Shown: in pieces, positions 10,272-23,169 of the stretch | Numbering within the stretch: the stretch's first letter is position 1 | Layout of the letters: the number at the start of each line of letters is the position of its first letter | NCBI GenBank assembly: GCA_965206175.1 | Contig: CBDBJA010000004.1 | Span: forward strand, 82,414 to 146,413 | From: Thermodesulfobacteriota bacterium | Lineage (GTDB): Bacteria; Desulfobacterota_D; UBA1144; Nemesobacterales; Mycalebacteriaceae | Direction: 5' to 3' | Length of the DNA: 64,000 bases | The notes under the pieces: generated by a model | What the model saw: the letters and a program-made list of their open reading frames with translations, nothing else | Told to the model about the DNA's origin: nothing | Database searches by the model: none | Made by a program: the position numbers and the translations under genes

Positions 10272-10351
10272 TGTCGCCTCATTCGGAAAAATCCGAGACT
10301 TGATATATATATGCGACCGTATTTACTGTCAATACAGGAAAGGGCAAAGAC

Positions 10352-11209
10352 ATGAAAATAGGATGCCACATATCAATCGCCGGCGGAATTGAGAAAGCGC
10401 CCCGCCGCGCAATGGAAACGGGTTGCGAGTGTTTTCAGATATTTACCCGTTCGCCCAGAGGAGGGAAGGCGGGTGAGATTGAACCCTCCGCCTCGGAAAG
10501 GTTTCTTTCCGATTGCCGCAAGTTTAAAATTTCAAACTGCCATGTTCACACACCCTACATAATAAACCTTGCATCAAGGGAGACCGCGACAAGGGAAAAA
10601 TCGGTCAAAATGATAGTTGACGACCTCAAACGCTCCGACTCCATCGGGGCAAAGTGCGCGGTAACCCACATCGGAACTTCCGCCGGAATGCGACGGGGCG
10701 AGGCGGTCGCTCAAGCCGTCCGCTCAATAAAAAAGATTTTGGATAAAACACGCGGAAGCCGAACAAAACTTCTGATTGAAAACTCGGCGGGTCAGGGCTC
10801 CACCCTCGGAGACACATTTGAGGAAATGGCGGAAATTCTGGACGGAACAAGACCTGATTTGGGAGTCTGCCTTGACACCGCACACCTTTTCGCCGCCGGA
10901 TACGAAATCAGATCGCCGGAAAGCTTTGAAAAAATGCTGAAAAATATAAACACGACTTTTTCGGCGGAGCGAATAGGGCTTATACACTGCAACGACTCAA
11001 AGACCGGTCTGGGTTCGCGCAAAGACCGCCATGAACACATAGGAAAGGGGGAAATAGGAAAGAGAGGTTTTGAACTTTTAATTTCATGCGGGCAGTTGAA
11101 GCATATTGACATTGTCGCGGAAACTCCCCCCGCAGGAAGCGCGGAGGATGTGAAATTCCTCAAACGGATCAGACGGAGCGTCGCAAACCGTTCCGGGTCC
11201 TGTTGTTAA
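10352..11209 (+). CDS. nfo: deoxyribonuclease IV (endonuclease IV)
   Basis: MKIGCHISIAGG...FQIFTRSPRG...HTPYIINLAS...THIG...LIENSAGQG...CLDTAHLFAAGY...HCNDSK. Confidence 0.9.
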   Translation: MKIGCHISIAGGIEKAPRRAMETGCECFQIFTRSPRGGKAGEIEPSASERFLSDCRKFKISNCHVHTPYIINLASRETATREKSVKMIVDDLKRSDSIGAKCAVTHIGTSAGMRRGEAVAQAVRSIKKILDKTRGSRTKLLIENSAGQGSTLGDTFEEMAEILDGTRPDLGVCLDTAHLFAAGYEIRSPESFEKMLKNINTTFSAERIGLIHCNDSKTGLGSRKDRHEHIGKGEIGKRGFELLISCGQLKHIDIVAETPPAGSAEDVKFLKRIRRSVANRSGSCC

Positions 11210-11252
11210 TCAACCTTTTCCCCGCCGAGACTTGTGTGTAGAATGAAGCCAA

Positions 11253-12104
11253 ATGGAACAAAATGCTCACGGAAAAAGGGTTCTGACGGCGGCGTTTCTG
11301 ATTGCTCTCATAGGGGTTTTCACATATCTGGGAGGACCGTATTTTCTGTTTCTTATGTGTGTCATATCACTTTTATCGGGAGTTGAACTGTACAGTCTTC
11401 TCGTTCCGAACGGGCTGAATGTGCGCCGCGAATTTCTTATGATTTGCGTTCTGCTGACACTTGCGGGCGCGTATAAGGGAATTGAATATTTTTTAATCGC
11501 TCTCTACGCGGTAACGACGGGAGTTTTTGCGATACATCTTGTGAAGGGAAGAAAAGACATATCGGGATATGTGAAAGGAGTTGGAATGTCGCTTGTTTTC
11601 ATAACGCTACTCGCAACAATGACCGGCTCCGCGGTGCTTTTAAGAAACATTGAAATGGAAATGCCCGCGGACTGGACGACGGGGTCTTTCCTGAAAAGCG
11701 AACCGGGGTTTTTCTTTATTGCCATGGCTTTTATATGCGGGGCATTTAACGATTCGGCGGCTTATTTTATAGGAGGATGGAGAGGCAGAAGAAAACTTGT
11801 TTCCGGCATAAGTCCGGGAAAAACGGTGGAAGGAGGGCTCGCCGGAATTGCCTCCGCAACCGGTGCGGGACTGATTGTAAACATGGTTTTCAACTCTCCC
11901 CTGTCGGTTCCGTTCGCGTTGTTTCTGGGTCTGCTCGCCGGACTTTCATCCGTGGCGGGGGATTTGATTGAATCTTCCATAAAAAGAAACTGCAACGCAA
12001 AAGATTCCGGCACTCTTCTGCCCGGACACGGCGGTTTTTTTGACCGCTTTGACGGCATGATATTTGTTTTTCCGACTTTCTACATATTTGCAACTCTGCT
12101 CTGA
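11253..12104 (+). CDS. cdsA: phosphatidate cytidylyltransferase
   Basis: Multi-TM protein with the CDS signature SPGKTVEGG...SSIKRNCNAKDSGTLLPGHGGFFDRFDG. Confidence 0.9.
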   Translation: MEQNAHGKRVLTAAFLIALIGVFTYLGGPYFLFLMCVISLLSGVELYSLLVPNGLNVRREFLMICVLLTLAGAYKGIEYFLIALYAVTTGVFAIHLVKGRKDISGYVKGVGMSLVFITLLATMTGSAVLLRNIEMEMPADWTTGSFLKSEPGFFFIAMAFICGAFNDSAAYFIGGWRGRRKLVSGISPGKTVEGGLAGIASATGAGLIVNMVFNSPLSVPFALFLGLLAGLSSVAGDLIESSIKRNCNAKDSGTLLPGHGGFFDRFDGMIFVFPTFYIFATLL

Positions 12105-12115
12105 AATCCTGATTT

Positions 12116-15100
12116 CTATCTGAAATCAAGATTGAACAGAAGGTTGGCTCCCGGAGTAAGCCCGCCCGCGACTCCCTCAAGCACAAAGTGCCTGTTCAGA
12201 TTATACTCCGCGGTGAACCTGTTTTTATAGGAAGTGCTGATGGGAAGAATTTCATTTATGCGTTCATAGGCGAAATAGAGTTTGTCTGTCAAATAGGCTC
12301 CGACTTCAATCTCGGAATCAAATACGCCTCCGCCGCCTTCCCTGTTTACGCTGAAGACATCAACAAAAGTGAACAGATTGCCGTCAAGAACTGAAGAGAC
12401 AAGCTCGTCCGCCGCGTAGCCAAAAACCGTTTCACGCGCAATCCCGCTGTCACGCACTTTTTTGATAACGTCAAAAGCGCGGTTGTTCGTCCCCCTTCCG
12501 CCGTTGGAAAGCAACGCAAGAACTATCTCATCCTCTTCCATTGCCGGAGCGCTTGAAAGATGCAGTGTAAGATCGTCCGATTTTCCGTAAAGATTGGCTT
12601 TGACCGACAGTTCCGGCGTTTCATAAAAAGCGTTGATGTTGACCACCGGACTCAAATGCGCCCTTGAGGAAACGGAAACCGAGCCTTTGTCTATGGCAAA
12701 CTGCTTTCCCAGTATGGTGTATGAACCTCTTATAAGACTCAAATCCCCTTTTATTGCGCTGAAATTGTCGCCCGGTTTTCTTGATATATGAAGAGTGCCC
12801 GCCAAAAGCGAATTGACTTTGTCTATCTTGAATTTCGTGTCCCCGGAAATATGGAGGGGGAAATCCAAATCCGATGTATGAGAGAAAAAACCCGGTTTTT
12901 TACCCGCGGAAAAGCTTCCGTTCTCGCCGCCGTCAACAAAAACCAGCCCTCCGACCGCCACATTGTAATCGCGCTTTATCAATATATTCGCGCCTTTTGT
13001 TTTCAAATCAGACCCTCGGACCCTTATATTCTTTCCCGACCCGTCAATAACAATCTTCCCGTAAAAACCCGAATGCAGATGCTTGATGTGCATAAATATT
13101 CCTTCAAGATTAATTTCGCATGAATAGGAAAAGTCGCCGAGGCTGAAATTTCCCTCTCCGTCCATTCCGCCGAAAGGGTCTATCGCCCGAAAAGAGAAAA
13201 ACGCCTTGTCTTTGTCAAACACCGTTCGCAGGAAATCAACTTCCATCAGTTCCGTCCACGGGTCAACCCTGACCTGGGCGCCGCGAATATCAATCTCACC
13301 GCTAATGTCGGGATTGCCTTCACGGTTGAAAACCGACAGTTCGCCGCTGAAAATGCCGTCAACATCCTGAATTTTTTTTGACAAAAAATTAAGCGGTTTT
13401 ATGCTGAAATCTTTTGCTTTCAGCGTCAAATCGTAATTTGAGATATTTTGCAGAACCGATTTTATTTCGGGTTTTTCCTCCGTTGCGGAAGAAATTCCGC
13501 CTTTGATTTTAAAAAAACTGCCGGATGTCGTTTTGTCAACCGACAGATTGACCGAAAAACGGTCGGAGAAAGCCGGCCGGACTATTGACAAAACCGCTTC
13601 TTCTTCGCCGGATGCGCTCAAATACTTCACATCCACATTGGCAACGGGCCACTCCGCCGGTCCGTCCAGGATGATTTTGCCCGAAACCAAACCGCGATAA
13701 CGGGCGAGAGGAGGGTGGAAATGCTCAAAAAATTCGGTGTTTAAACCTGAGAAACTCGCGGATAAATTCAAGTCGCGCCGTTTCTCCCCGCGCTCGTATA
13801 AACCGGAAAATTGAAGATAAGCGCCTTTGCCTGAAAACACCGAATTTTCAACATCAATTTTTTCCCGTGAAACTTTGACGATGAAATTACGGGAAAGCGA
13901 CAGATTGAAGTCGTTCACCCCGAATTCGGCTTTTTTCACCTCGGCGTATAACTCCCCGTTCTTGCGGCGAATGTCCGCAATTAAACCCAAAAACCTGTCG
14001 TCTCCGAAATCAAGTTCGGCGTAAGAGTCTCCGTCAATGCCGAAATTTATCTCCGGGGCAAGCGTTTCCCCGTATGAAATTTCTTTCAGGGACGATTTGA
14101 CAAAAGCGTCCCTGAAACGGAACTTCTCAACCGGAATTCTGAAATTCACCTCCCCCTTGCCTATGTGTATTCTCTTGCGCAAGGCGGCTGAAAAATCTTT
14201 CAGTTCCAGTTGACCGGACAAGAAAAGCTTTCCGTTTTTCCGTCTTTCCAGCGCGCCGGAGGATTTGAACTCTCCGGACATTCCGTAACTTTTCAAAATC
14301 CGCGTTATCTTTGAAAGATGGAAAACGTTTTTTGATTGAACTTTGTATTTGACTTCAAGCCCGCCGTTCCTCAATGCTCCACCTTCGGCTTTCATTGAGA
14401 ATCCGGAAGATTTAATCAGCAGGTTTCCCGAATTAATTTTGTAGTTTTTGAAGAAAATTTCGAAATCGGATTTTTCCAGTCCCGCGCCGACCTCAAACAG
14501 GTCCAGTTTGTAATCTTCGGAAAGTTTTCCGGAAACCGCAAGCAAACCGTTTTTCTCCGCGATGTTCCCGACAATTTTCAACCCTCCGAGAGGCAGTAAG
14601 TCATCGGCTTTGCCGCCGCCGTAATACCGTCTGAATATGTCGCTTTCAATCTCAAAGCCGTTTTGTCCGCCCAGTTCGGGAATCAGGCTTTTCCCCGGCG
14701 CGGTGTTGACGGTCGCTCGTATCCGCGAGCTCAAACTTCCCAGAGACATGTCGCCCCGAATTGAAAGAACGCCGTCTTTTCCGAAAGCGACCGAGTTGAG
14801 ATTCACTTCGCCCTTCTTGCCAAAAAGGGGGAATTCCGAAAATGAAAACCTCCCCTCCCATACACTGCTCGGATTGTCTTTCGGAACGGAAACACCGAAC
14901 TCCGCGCGAATGTCTCCCCGTGAAGTTTCAAAAACTCCGTTTCCGCCGATGTCGGAAATTTCAAATCCGCCGGAAGTCAGGAGGGTTGAAGTCAGCAAAA
15001 AATTGTTTGCCGACAGATTGCGGGACGGCAGTGAGACATGCCCGCTTTTCAAAGTGATTTTCAACTCATCATCGGTTTTGCCCCGCGCGAAGGAAATCTC

Positions 15101-15613
15101 GGATTTTCGGACGGCAACATTTCCGGCTTGCGTATGGAGAACCGAATCACTGATTTTTATTTTCGGCAGACGCCGCTTCCATCCGGCGTTTTCACCGCCG
15201 TCCGCGGACTTCCGGCTTTCTTCCGGCTTGGAATTTTGGAAAGGAAAGGGCGGTTTCCCCTTGTTTCCCGAAAGAAACAGTTCAAGCCGCTCAATTTCAA
15301 TTTCCGTGGAAGGGGAAAAGTTTTCAAAAAATTCGGAAGACACAAAAGCCCCGAGCGAACCGTAGCCCACGGAGACGGTGTCCGCCCTGAGAACTTCACG
15401 CCCTCCGGTGGAAAGTCTCAGGTTTTTAATCACCACGCCTTTGTTATAAGACGCTCCGACCCGCTCAATGGAAATATCAAAGCCCGGCAGAGCGTCTTCA
15501 ATACGCTTTTCAATTTTTTCCCTCATGAATTCCATTGACATTGAGCGCGCGGGCGGCGCAAAAGACGGAAAGACGAACGCGACAAGCGTAAAAAACAGAG
15601 TGAGACGGCTCAT
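12116..15613 (-). CDS. TamB-like translocation/assembly module protein (DUF490-type C-terminus)
   Basis: About 1165 aa and beta-rich, with an N-terminal anchor MSRLTLFFTLVAFVF. The C-terminal ...GAYLTDKLYFAYER...FTAEYNLNRHFVLEG...LLFNLDFR resembles TamB/DUF490. The probable ATG is at 15613. Confidence 0.65.
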   Translation of the reverse strand: MSRLTLFFTLVAFVFPSFAPPARSMSMEFMREKIEKRIEDALPGFDISIERVGASYNKGVVIKNLRLSTGGREVLRADTVSVGYGSLGAFVSSEFFENFSPSTEIEIERLELFLSGNKGKPPFPFQNSKPEESRKSADGGENAGWKRRLPKIKISDSVLHTQAGNVAVRKSEISFARGKTDDELKITLKSGHVSLPSRNLSANNFLLTSTLLTSGGFEISDIGGNGVFETSRGDIRAEFGVSVPKDNPSSVWEGRFSFSEFPLFGKKGEVNLNSVAFGKDGVLSIRGDMSLGSLSSRIRATVNTAPGKSLIPELGGQNGFEIESDIFRRYYGGGKADDLLPLGGLKIVGNIAEKNGLLAVSGKLSEDYKLDLFEVGAGLEKSDFEIFFKNYKINSGNLLIKSSGFSMKAEGGALRNGGLEVKYKVQSKNVFHLSKITRILKSYGMSGEFKSSGALERRKNGKLFLSGQLELKDFSAALRKRIHIGKGEVNFRIPVEKFRFRDAFVKSSLKEISYGETLAPEINFGIDGDSYAELDFGDDRFLGLIADIRRKNGELYAEVKKAEFGVNDFNLSLSRNFIVKVSREKIDVENSVFSGKGAYLQFSGLYERGEKRRDLNLSASFSGLNTEFFEHFHPPLARYRGLVSGKIILDGPAEWPVANVDVKYLSASGEEEAVLSIVRPAFSDRFSVNLSVDKTTSGSFFKIKGGISSATEEKPEIKSVLQNISNYDLTLKAKDFSIKPLNFLSKKIQDVDGIFSGELSVFNREGNPDISGEIDIRGAQVRVDPWTELMEVDFLRTVFDKDKAFFSFRAIDPFGGMDGEGNFSLGDFSYSCEINLEGIFMHIKHLHSGFYGKIVIDGSGKNIRVRGSDLKTKGANILIKRDYNVAVGGLVFVDGGENGSFSAGKKPGFFSHTSDLDFPLHISGDTKFKIDKVNSLLAGTLHISRKPGDNFSAIKGDLSLIRGSYTILGKQFAIDKGSVSVSSRAHLSPVVNINAFYETPELSVKANLYGKSDDLTLHLSSAPAMEEDEIVLALLSNGGRGTNNRAFDVIKKVRDSGIARETVFGYAADELVSSVLDGNLFTFVDVFSVNREGGGGVFDSEIEVGAYLTDKLYFAYERINEILPISTSYKNRFTAEYNLNRHFVLEGVAGGLTPGANLLFNLDFR

Positions 15614-15657
15614 TTTTGAACACGCGACGGAGGGAAACTTTACAACCGCTTCCGCCA

Positions 15658-17049
15658 ATGTATTATAATGCCCGAATTATCAGACAAAGGAAATATCAAA
15701 CAGTTTTGCCTCCGAGAAGATCTTCAAAAACGAAAAAAAGACTGTTCCTTGCGGCGGTTGTCCTGCTGGGAGCCGCTTTCTTTTTGCGGGATTTTTTCCG
15801 TCAACCCGATGTCAGTTTTTTGCTTGACTCCGAAAAAGTGGGCGTAAATCCGTTCTCAATTAAATTTTCCGGGGGCGGCAAAGGGTTGAAAAGAATTGAA
15901 GTTTTCTATATCGGAGCAGAAAGCAACAGACTTTTGCTCAAACGCAAACGGTATTCCGAAGAAGAAAACATACGGGAAGATACGGTTGCGGTTTCCCTCA
16001 ACCCGATTGCCGGCATTGAAGACGGGCCCGCGGAGATTGAAGCCGTCTGTGAGTCTTACGGCGGGCTGAGGCAAACCGTAACCAAAACCGCAAGCATAGT
16101 GGCGGACCTGTCTCCGCCGAAAATAACGGTCTTGTCGGCAACGGAAAACATGTCGCAGGGAGGTTCGGGAGTTGTCGTGTATAAAATTTCCGGCGACACG
16201 GTTAAAAGCGGCGTAAGAATAGGGGACAGTTTTTTCAAGGGATACAAAGCGTCCGGAGCGGGATTTACGGATGAAAATATCCGCATATCTTTTTTCTCCT
16301 ACCCTTATAATCTGCCCGAAGGCGAGACCGTTCTGATTACCGCAAGCGATGACATAGGGAACAGAAGAAACCTTCCCATAAACTACAATCTGATAGAAAA
16401 GCCCTTCACCGAGCTGGACATTCAGGTAACCGAAAAGTTTATCAAAATGAAAATGCTTCCCATGATAAACGCCTCAGGAGATGTCGCGCTCAAAGACATG
16501 TTTCTTCTTGTCAACCGGAAAGTGCGTGAGGCAAACAACAGGAAAATTGAAAAAGCGCTTTCGCAAGTGGCGGAAAAAATTATGTGGGAAGGACGTTTTA
16601 TCAGACCGTCCGGGTCTTTGCAGTCCCAGTTTGAAAAGAGAAAGTATTTCTTTGAAGGCGAACAGATAGACGAACAATACCATCTCGGCTACGACATAGC
16701 TTCGCAGAAAAAAAATCCCGTCCGCGCGTCAAACAACGGCGTTGTTATTTTTGCCGACGACCTCGGGATATACGGAAACGCCGTGATAATAGACCACGGA
16801 ATGGGACTCGCCACTCTTTACGCGCATCTCAGTTCAATGACAGTTCAGACGGGGGACGCGGTTGCCACCGGAGACAGAATAGGCAGCACGGGAGATACCG
16901 GACTCGCTTTCGGAGACCATCTCCACTTCGGAATCTATGTCGGAGGACAGCCGGTTCTGCCAACCGAGTGGTGGGACCAGTTCTGGGTGCGGACGAGAAT
17001 CACCCAAAACATTCAAGACGCCAAAGCGGAAACTTCCGCAACCAAGTAG
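15658..17049 (+). CDS. M23-family metallopeptidase
   Basis: C-terminal LytM/M23 motifs HLGYDIA...GNAVIIDHGMGLATLYAHLS...GSTGDTGLAFGDHLHFGIY, plus an N-terminal TM segment. The start is uncertain (TTG 15616 or ATG 15658). Confidence 0.85.
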   Translation: MYYNARIIRQRKYQTVLPPRRSSKTKKRLFLAAVVLLGAAFFLRDFFRQPDVSFLLDSEKVGVNPFSIKFSGGGKGLKRIEVFYIGAESNRLLLKRKRYSEEENIREDTVAVSLNPIAGIEDGPAEIEAVCESYGGLRQTVTKTASIVADLSPPKITVLSATENMSQGGSGVVVYKISGDTVKSGVRIGDSFFKGYKASGAGFTDENIRISFFSYPYNLPEGETVLITASDDIGNRRNLPINYNLIEKPFTELDIQVTEKFIKMKMLPMINASGDVALKDMFLLVNRKVREANNRKIEKALSQVAEKIMWEGRFIRPSGSLQSQFEKRKYFFEGEQIDEQYHLGYDIASQKKNPVRASNNGVVIFADDLGIYGNAVIIDHGMGLATLYAHLSSMTVQTGDAVATGDRIGSTGDTGLAFGDHLHFGIYVGGQPVLPTEWWDQFWVRTRITQNIQDAKAETSATK

Positions 17050-19059
<2,010 letters not shown>

Positions 19060-19063
<4 letters not shown>

Positions 19064-20751
19064 TTGCGTCCGTGCGCCTCCAGCCGTTCAAGTAGGTCCG
19101 CAAGGGGCAGGGTGTTCAAAAAATCCTCCGCCCGCGCCCATCCGCGCCTTGCGACCGCAACTCCACAAACCATTGCACCGAGATGCCGCGCCGCATGGGC
19201 GTCCGTTGATACTATAAGTTTCACTCCCTTTTCAACGGCAAGACGCACATGCTCGTCCTTAAGGTCAAGCCGGTGACATGAACTGTTTATTTCAAGAAAC
19301 TTGCCGTGCTCAAGCGCGGCATCCGTAACCGTTTCCATGTCCATCCGGCAGGGGGGGCGTCTTCCTATTATCCTCGCCGTGGGGTGTCCGAGGGCGTGAA
19401 CAAAAGGGTTTTCAAGAGCGCGGACGACCCTTGCGGTCATCATGTCGGAGTCCTGCGAAAAAGAGCTGTGAATGGAGGCGACAACAAAATCCAGTTCGGA
19501 AAGAACATCGTCGGGATAGTCAAGAGAGCCGTCCGGCTTTATGTCAACCTCGGCTCCGGCAAGAACCGTTATGCCGTCCATCCGGGAATTGACTCTTTTA
19601 ACCTCTTCGGCTTTGAGAGCAAGTCTTTCCGCGCTCAACCCGTTTGCCACAGTTGACGAGGGCGAGTGGTCTGTCAGCGCTATGTATTCGTATCCTCTTT
19701 CCCGCGCCGCGGCCGCCATCCGCTCAACCGTGTCCGCGCCGTCGCTCCAGTCCGTATGGATGTGAAGGTCGCCCCTTATGTCGGACAACTCAACCAGTTC
19801 GGGCAGGGCTCCGCTTTTTGCGGCTTCAATCTCTCCGCAGTCCTCCCTGAGTTCGGGCGCAATGAGGGGAAGACCCAGTTCCGAATAAAAATCCTCCTCG
19901 CTCCGGGGACGGGACGGAAGAGCTGCTTTGGCGAAGGAAATCAGTTTTTCCCAGTGGGAATGCGAACCCGTAAATCTTGCAAGGTTAAAGGCGAAATCCC
20001 GCGGGTCTGTCGTGTAAACAACGGCTTTGATGCCGGAATCTGTCATGACCTCCGCCTTTGAAGCGTCAGACCCGCAGGTTTCTTTCACACTCCCGAGATT
20101 TGAAAGACTCTTGAAAAACGGGTCCGTTCTCACGCCGCCGAGAGACGCAAGCAGTTCAATTTGCGAAACCGTTTCCCGCATTCTTCTCAAGCCGCCCACG
20201 GGACGGACTTCAACAACCCCTTCAAGCCGTGAAATTTCATTGCACAAAACACGGGCGACAGCCAACGCCTCGCCGAGACTGTAAACCGAAACATTCCGTT
20301 TATAGAAAGCAACCGCCTCGGATATGCTTTCCGCTTTCTTTTTCCCGACCCCCGCAATATCGGTGAGACCTCCGCTTTCAAGACGCCTCTCAAGTTCGCT
20401 TATGTCTTTTATGCCCGCGTCCGAAAAAAGGCGAATCATCTTCGGCCCGACGCCGCGGAGTTTGAGCATTTCAAGCGGACCGTCTCCCACCTCGGAGCGC
20501 AGACGGCTGTGGTATTCAATCCCTCCCGTGTCAACAAACTCCTTTATTTTTAACGCCATGTCTTTCCCTATCCCCTTGATTGCGGTCAAACCGCTTGCTT
20601 CGGAAGCCGTCTCCGAAACATCCGTTTCCAATGCGCTTATCAAATCGGCGGCGTTTTTATACGCTCTTATCTTGAACGGGTTGGCGTCCTGAATTTCCAG
20701 CATTGAAGCTATTTCGGAAAACAGATGCGCTATTTTGCAGTTTGCGCCCAT
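19060..20751 (-). CDS. polX: family X DNA polymerase with C-terminal PHP domain (PolX)
   Basis: N-terminal HhH region (FKIRAYKNAA..., KGIGKDMALKI, LRGVGPK) and a PHP domain (GDLHIHTDWSDG...ALTDHS...STDAH). Overlaps the ligA start by 4 nt. Confidence 0.8.
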
Positions 20752-20822
20752 ATATGAAAAGACCTTGAGTTTCAGTATATTCTATTTGCGGATGAACTTG
20801 TCCGCAACACGGTGGAAGAACT

Positions 20823-21593
20823 TTGGATTCCTCAATAAAAGTGACCGTTCTGGGTTGCGCGACCTCAACGGGCGTGCCTGTTGTGGGATGCGGCTGCGGG
20901 GTGTGCCGTTCGCAAGCGCGGGAGAACTGGCGCACCCGGAGTTCCGTGCTTGTGGAAACTCGCGGAAACACAATCCTCATAGACACATCCCCCGACCTTA
21001 GAACACAGGCGCTGCGCGAAGGTTTTTCTCTTGTGAACGCCGTTTTATACACTCACTCACACGCAGACCACACAAACGGAATAGACGATTTAAAACCGTT
21101 CACCCGTTTCGGGAAAGAGCTGATAGAGTGCTACGCCAACTCCGATACCGCCGCAAACCTGAGAAACAATTTCGGCTACATATTCGGCGGCGAAGGAGAG
21201 GGGGGAAAAAGACCGAATCTTCACCTGAACGAAATTGACGGGAACTTTGCAATCGGGAAAGCGGAAATTGTTCCGGTGGAAATCATGCACGGCACATGGG
21301 AAATTCTGGGCTACAGAATCGGAAATTTCGCCTATCTGACAGACTGCAACGGGATTCCGCCGGAATCAATGAAAAAACTCAAAAACCTTGATCTTCTCAT
21401 AATAGGCGCGTTGAGATACGAACCGCATCCCGCTCATTTCAACCTTGAGCAGACGCTTGAGCAAATAGGGATAATCGCTCCGGGCAGGGCGATTTTGACA
21501 CACATGAGCTGCGATATGGACTACTTTGAGTTGAAAAAAAATCTTCCCGAAAATATTGAGCCCGCGTATGACGGTTTGAAGTTTGAGATTTAA
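20823..21593 (+). CDS. MBL-fold metallo-hydrolase (PhnP/RNase Z-like)
   Basis: VTVLGCATSTGVP..., the YTHSHADH motif and the downstream LTHMS. Confidence 0.7.
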   Translation: MDSSIKVTVLGCATSTGVPVVGCGCGVCRSQARENWRTRSSVLVETRGNTILIDTSPDLRTQALREGFSLVNAVLYTHSHADHTNGIDDLKPFTRFGKELIECYANSDTAANLRNNFGYIFGGEGEGGKRPNLHLNEIDGNFAIGKAEIVPVEIMHGTWEILGYRIGNFAYLTDCNGIPPESMKKLKNLDLLIIGALRYEPHPAHFNLEQTLEQIGIIAPGRAILTHMSCDMDYFELKKNLPENIEPAYDGLKFEI

Positions 21594-21628
21594 AATGCCG
21601 AAAATTGAAAATACGGGAGGGAAAACAG

Positions 21629-22861
21629 TTGTCTGACATTCAAAAACTTGCCGGAGATCTTTGCGTGGAGTCCGATTCCAAAATCATAATGTGCGTTCTT
21701 GACGGTCTCGGCGGGCTGCCCGTAAACGGCAAGACCGAACTTGAAAGCGCCACAACCCCCAATCTTGATAAAATCGCCCGCTCGTCATCGTGCGGCTTCC
21801 ATATTCCGGTCGCTCAGGGAATAACTCCGGGTAGCGGAGCCGCCCATCTCGGGCTTTTCGGTTATGACCCGCTTTTGTTCAGAGTGGGAAGAGGCGTTGT
21901 TGAAGCCGCCGGTCTCGGCGTAAATATCGGAAAAAACGACTTGGTGGCGCGGGGCAACTTTGCAACCTCCGAAACAAAAAACAAAAAAACGGTAATTACG
22001 GACAGAAGAGCCGGAAGAATATCAACCCGCCAAAGTGTGGATTTAATTTCCCGGATGTCGGACTCAATAAAAAAAATCGGAAATGTAAAAATCAAAATCC
22101 ATCCCGGAGTGGAGCACAGGTTTGTCGTTGTGTTCACATTTCCGCATCAAATTCCGAACGGAGAGACCATTTGCGATACCGACCCGCAAAAAGAGGGGGC
22201 TGCTCCCGTCACCGCAAAAACCGCCTCCCGGAACAAAGCGACCGTCTCCGCCGCGAGAACGGTTCGACTGTTTGCGGAAAAAGCCGCCGAAATCCTCAAA
22301 TGCCGCAAAAATGCTAACTGCGTTCTGCTAAGGGGATTTTCCTCCTCGCCGGATTTCAAGCCGTTCGGCGAAACATACCGCCTGCGCGCGGCGTGCGTTG
22401 CGGCGTATCCGATGTATCGCGGTGTTGCGGGGATTCTGGGAATGGACATACGCGACCCCGAAAACGGGGAGACGGAGAAAATCGTCCGGAGGGCGGAAAC
22501 AGTTCTTGCCGATTTTGACTTCATATATCTGCACATAAAGCCCACCGACCGGCACGGAGAAGACGGAGATTTTAAAGCGAAAGCGAAAGTGATAAGCGAG
22601 TTTGACAAACTCCTGCCGCGTCTGATTGGTATGAATCCCGATGTTCTGATAGTAACGGGAGACCATTCAACTCCCGCGCTGATGTCGTCTCACAGCTGGC
22701 ATCCGGTTCCGCTTTTGATAAAATCGCGCCACAGCATCGGCGGCAAAGGCGGGTTCAACGAAAGGGACTGTCGCATGGGAGAACTCGGAACAATACGGTC
22801 GGTTGAGATAATGCCGCTTGCGCTTGCGCACGCGGGGCGGCTTGCAAAATTTGGAGCCTGA
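21629..22861 (+). CDS. apgM: cofactor-independent phosphoglycerate mutase, archaeal-type (ApgM)
   Basis: CVLDGLGG...TPNLDKIA...GSGAAHLGLFGYDP...TGDHSTP is typical of ApgM. The probable TTG start at 21629 follows GGGAGGG (the ORF is open from 21605). Confidence 0.8.
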   Translation: MSDIQKLAGDLCVESDSKIIMCVLDGLGGLPVNGKTELESATTPNLDKIARSSSCGFHIPVAQGITPGSGAAHLGLFGYDPLLFRVGRGVVEAAGLGVNIGKNDLVARGNFATSETKNKKTVITDRRAGRISTRQSVDLISRMSDSIKKIGNVKIKIHPGVEHRFVVVFTFPHQIPNGETICDTDPQKEGAAPVTAKTASRNKATVSAARTVRLFAEKAAEILKCRKNANCVLLRGFSSSPDFKPFGETYRLRAACVAAYPMYRGVAGILGMDIRDPENGETEKIVRRAETVLADFDFIYLHIKPTDRHGEDGDFKAKAKVISEFDKLLPRLIGMNPDVLIVTGDHSTPALMSSHSWHPVPLLIKSRHSIGGKGGFNERDCRMGELGTIRSVEIMPLALAHAGRLAKFGA

Positions 22862-22891
22862 TGTATTTGTGATACAATTGCGGTCCGCAAG

Positions 22892-22973
22892 CCGAAGTGG
22901 CGGAATTGGCAGACGCGCTATCTTGAGGGGGTAGTGCCCTTGTGGCGTGGGGGTTCAAGTCCCCCCTTCGGCA
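22892..22973 (+). tRNA. tRNA-Leu (GAG)
   Basis: Acceptor gccgaag/cttcggc, anticodon stem ctatc/ggtag with loop ttGAGgg, a long variable arm and a T-arm ggggg-ttcaagt-ccccc. No CCA is encoded. Confidence 0.85.
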
Positions 22974-23169
22974 GAAAGGCGCAATGTTCAACAGATAAAG
23001 TGTCAAGTGAACATATTAGCTTGATTCCCGCAGCTGGCACGAACGGGCCGAAAGACAAACCCGATTCAGCGTGGAGAAAAAAGACAACGGGCTGTTTGCC
23101 GCGAACAAGACAAGAAACCGATTTTACACAAAGAGAAAAAACAACATATTATTTCCGCGCAAAGCAGCA